Positions 62,360 through 64,000 of a stretch of 64,000 bases of DNA are shown piece after piece. The position numbers were made by a program, and so were the translations under genes. The notes under the pieces were generated by a model. That model saw only the letters and a list, made by a program, of their open reading frames with translations. It ran no database searches and had not been told where the DNA came from. How positions within the stretch are numbered: position 1 is the first letter of the stretch; each line of letters begins with the position of its first letter. The DNA is from the human T2T-CHM13v2.0 reference genome, Homo sapiens, in NCBI RefSeq assembly GCF_009914755.1, contig NC_060933.1, one strand, 5' to 3'.

Positions 62360-62633
62360 GGAAGTAGTCAGTAACCTACAATCCGTGGGCCAAAGGCAGC
62401 CCACCATCTGTTCCGAGAGCCAAGAATAGTTTTTACACTTTAAAATTGTTGAAAACAACATCAAATGAAGAAGATTTTGAGGCATGCATAAAATTATATG
62501 TCCACAAGTTTTAATAAGACATATTGTTTACATATGATCTCTGCCTGCTTTGACACAGGAGCAGAGCTGAAGACCCAAAAAGCCTAAAATATTTACTATC
62601 TGATTATTTTTTGGAAAAGGTTTGCTGACCCCC
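62360..62633 (+). mobile_element. MER58B-like hAT-Charlie element
   Basis: 'ccgtgggccaaa', 'aagaatagtttttacac', 'aagcctaaaatatttactatctg...tttgctgacccc'. Confidence 0.8.
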
Positions 62634-63928
62634 AATCTAAGTCAATACCTGGATCATTTAGTCATGAAATATGAAATGTTGTGTTTTTCTTGACTGATCC
62701 CAACTGTCCAAAGACTAGAACACCATCATGTGCCTACAGCCTGTATTTTAGAACCAAGGAAACTCCTTCGTACGGAGCAACAGCAGGGTACACACCGGGA
62801 TCAGGGAACCAGTTGGCTGGGCAAGGATAGCCAGACCGGGTCTTGATGGCAACTTCCCCTGCAACTGCCCAAAAAGCCAGGGCTCCCAACATCTATCACT
62901 TAACAAAGAAAAATGAATGTCTAATTCACCATTCACTTATTTTCAGGGCTCTATCTATTTACAAACACTGTTATCCTTTCAATTCCCTAGCACGTGTCCC
63001 ATATAACTTTTACAAAAGAAGGAAACATTTCTAGGATGTTGAAAACAACTCAAGATCAAAAGGAGATTTTTAACATCAAATAAAGTACTAAATGTTGGAA
63101 GTGCAGGTGTCAAAAAGAAAAAACCTCATATTTCAACAAATCTGGACTGCATTATTTCACATAGCCTGCAAATGGCCTCAAGCCACAGCTATGGCACTGA
63201 TTTTTGCAGGACAGCTTGAGCTAGTGTGTAGAATATTTTTATACACCTGGCAAAAATATTTTAGAATAAGTCTTTTCTAGTGACACTCACAGAGTCAAGA
63301 AAACTCAACACATGATCTTCCTTTAGTTTCTGGAATGCTATCAACAGAGTTCACATTAAGTAAAAACATAAACGCAAAGAACTGCTAATACCAGCATTAA
63401 AAATAGTATTGTTCTACAGATCAAATTACTCTTTAAAGCAATGCCTTCCAGGAAGAGGCAGAAATGTCCAGGTTTAGGGACTCTCCTGACCAAAGAAACC
63501 CTCGGTTATTTTAACATGGTCTTCTCTAGAGCTGAGGACAGCTTAGGATGTTCTGTCCCATCCTGTTCCTCAAAACTCTAACATGCAGCTTCCTCTGCTG
63601 TCTCTCCTCTGAAGAGTCTCACTTTCTCTGTTTCCATGTTGGTCTCCTTCCATGTGTAGAGCAGCTGTCTGCCATATATATCACTGTGTGTGTTTGTCTT
63701 CCTCTATCTAAACCACTATCTGTGTTTCTTACTATCTCATTCTATCATTCTCCCTCATCTTGCCATGGATTGGCATGATATATCACACAGCATGTGCTAG
63801 ATAAAAGTTGGCTGAATTAATTAATTAATCACCCTACAGTGGAAGAATGTGTTCATGTCCTATAATAATACAAACATACATATGCCTGTGACAAAGGGAT
63901 GGTATATTCAATTTCCATTTTAAATTCT

Positions 63929-64000
63929 TGCGACAGGTTGTATTTTCCAAAGAAGGCTACAACAATATCTTCCATCTCACATGCTCTCCATATGGTGTCC
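63929..64000 (+). mobile_element. Probable start of an MLT1G/H-type LTR (cut by window end)
   Basis: 'ttgtattttccaaagaaggctacaacaatatct...cacatgctct'. Confidence 0.55.

Overview
Primate (human-like) non-coding genomic DNA, rich in interspersed repeats. I found no protein-coding gene, RNA gene, CRISPR array or prokaryotic system that I can support. The ORF track consists of Alu-derived frames, dinucleotide-repeat frames and short frames with no recognisable protein family. The window holds about 27 Alu elements or fragments, ancient L1M, L2 and MIR fragments, solo LTRs (MaLR MLT1, ERVL MLT2 and MER74, MER21) and DNA-transposon relics (Tigger-like, MER30, MER5A, MER33, MER58). It also holds several microsatellites and three degenerate (GT/CA)-rich blocks, two of them 0.5-0.7 kb. 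LTR orientation bias and several small segments bounded by splice signals suggest that the window is intronic sequence of a large minus-strand gene, which I cannot name. The most interesting observations are local: a repair-like scar in an AluY linker, an ultra-short L1PA insertion, a tail-less Alu fragment, a four-layer nested insertion, Alu insertions at the same site in two MLT1 LTRs, a duplicated E-box palindrome, a diverged 80-bp dispersed duplicate and candidate minus-strand exons. Repeat subfamily names come from my recollection of consensus sequences, and boundaries of old elements are approximate. RepeatMasker/Dfam and BLAT are needed to confirm them.
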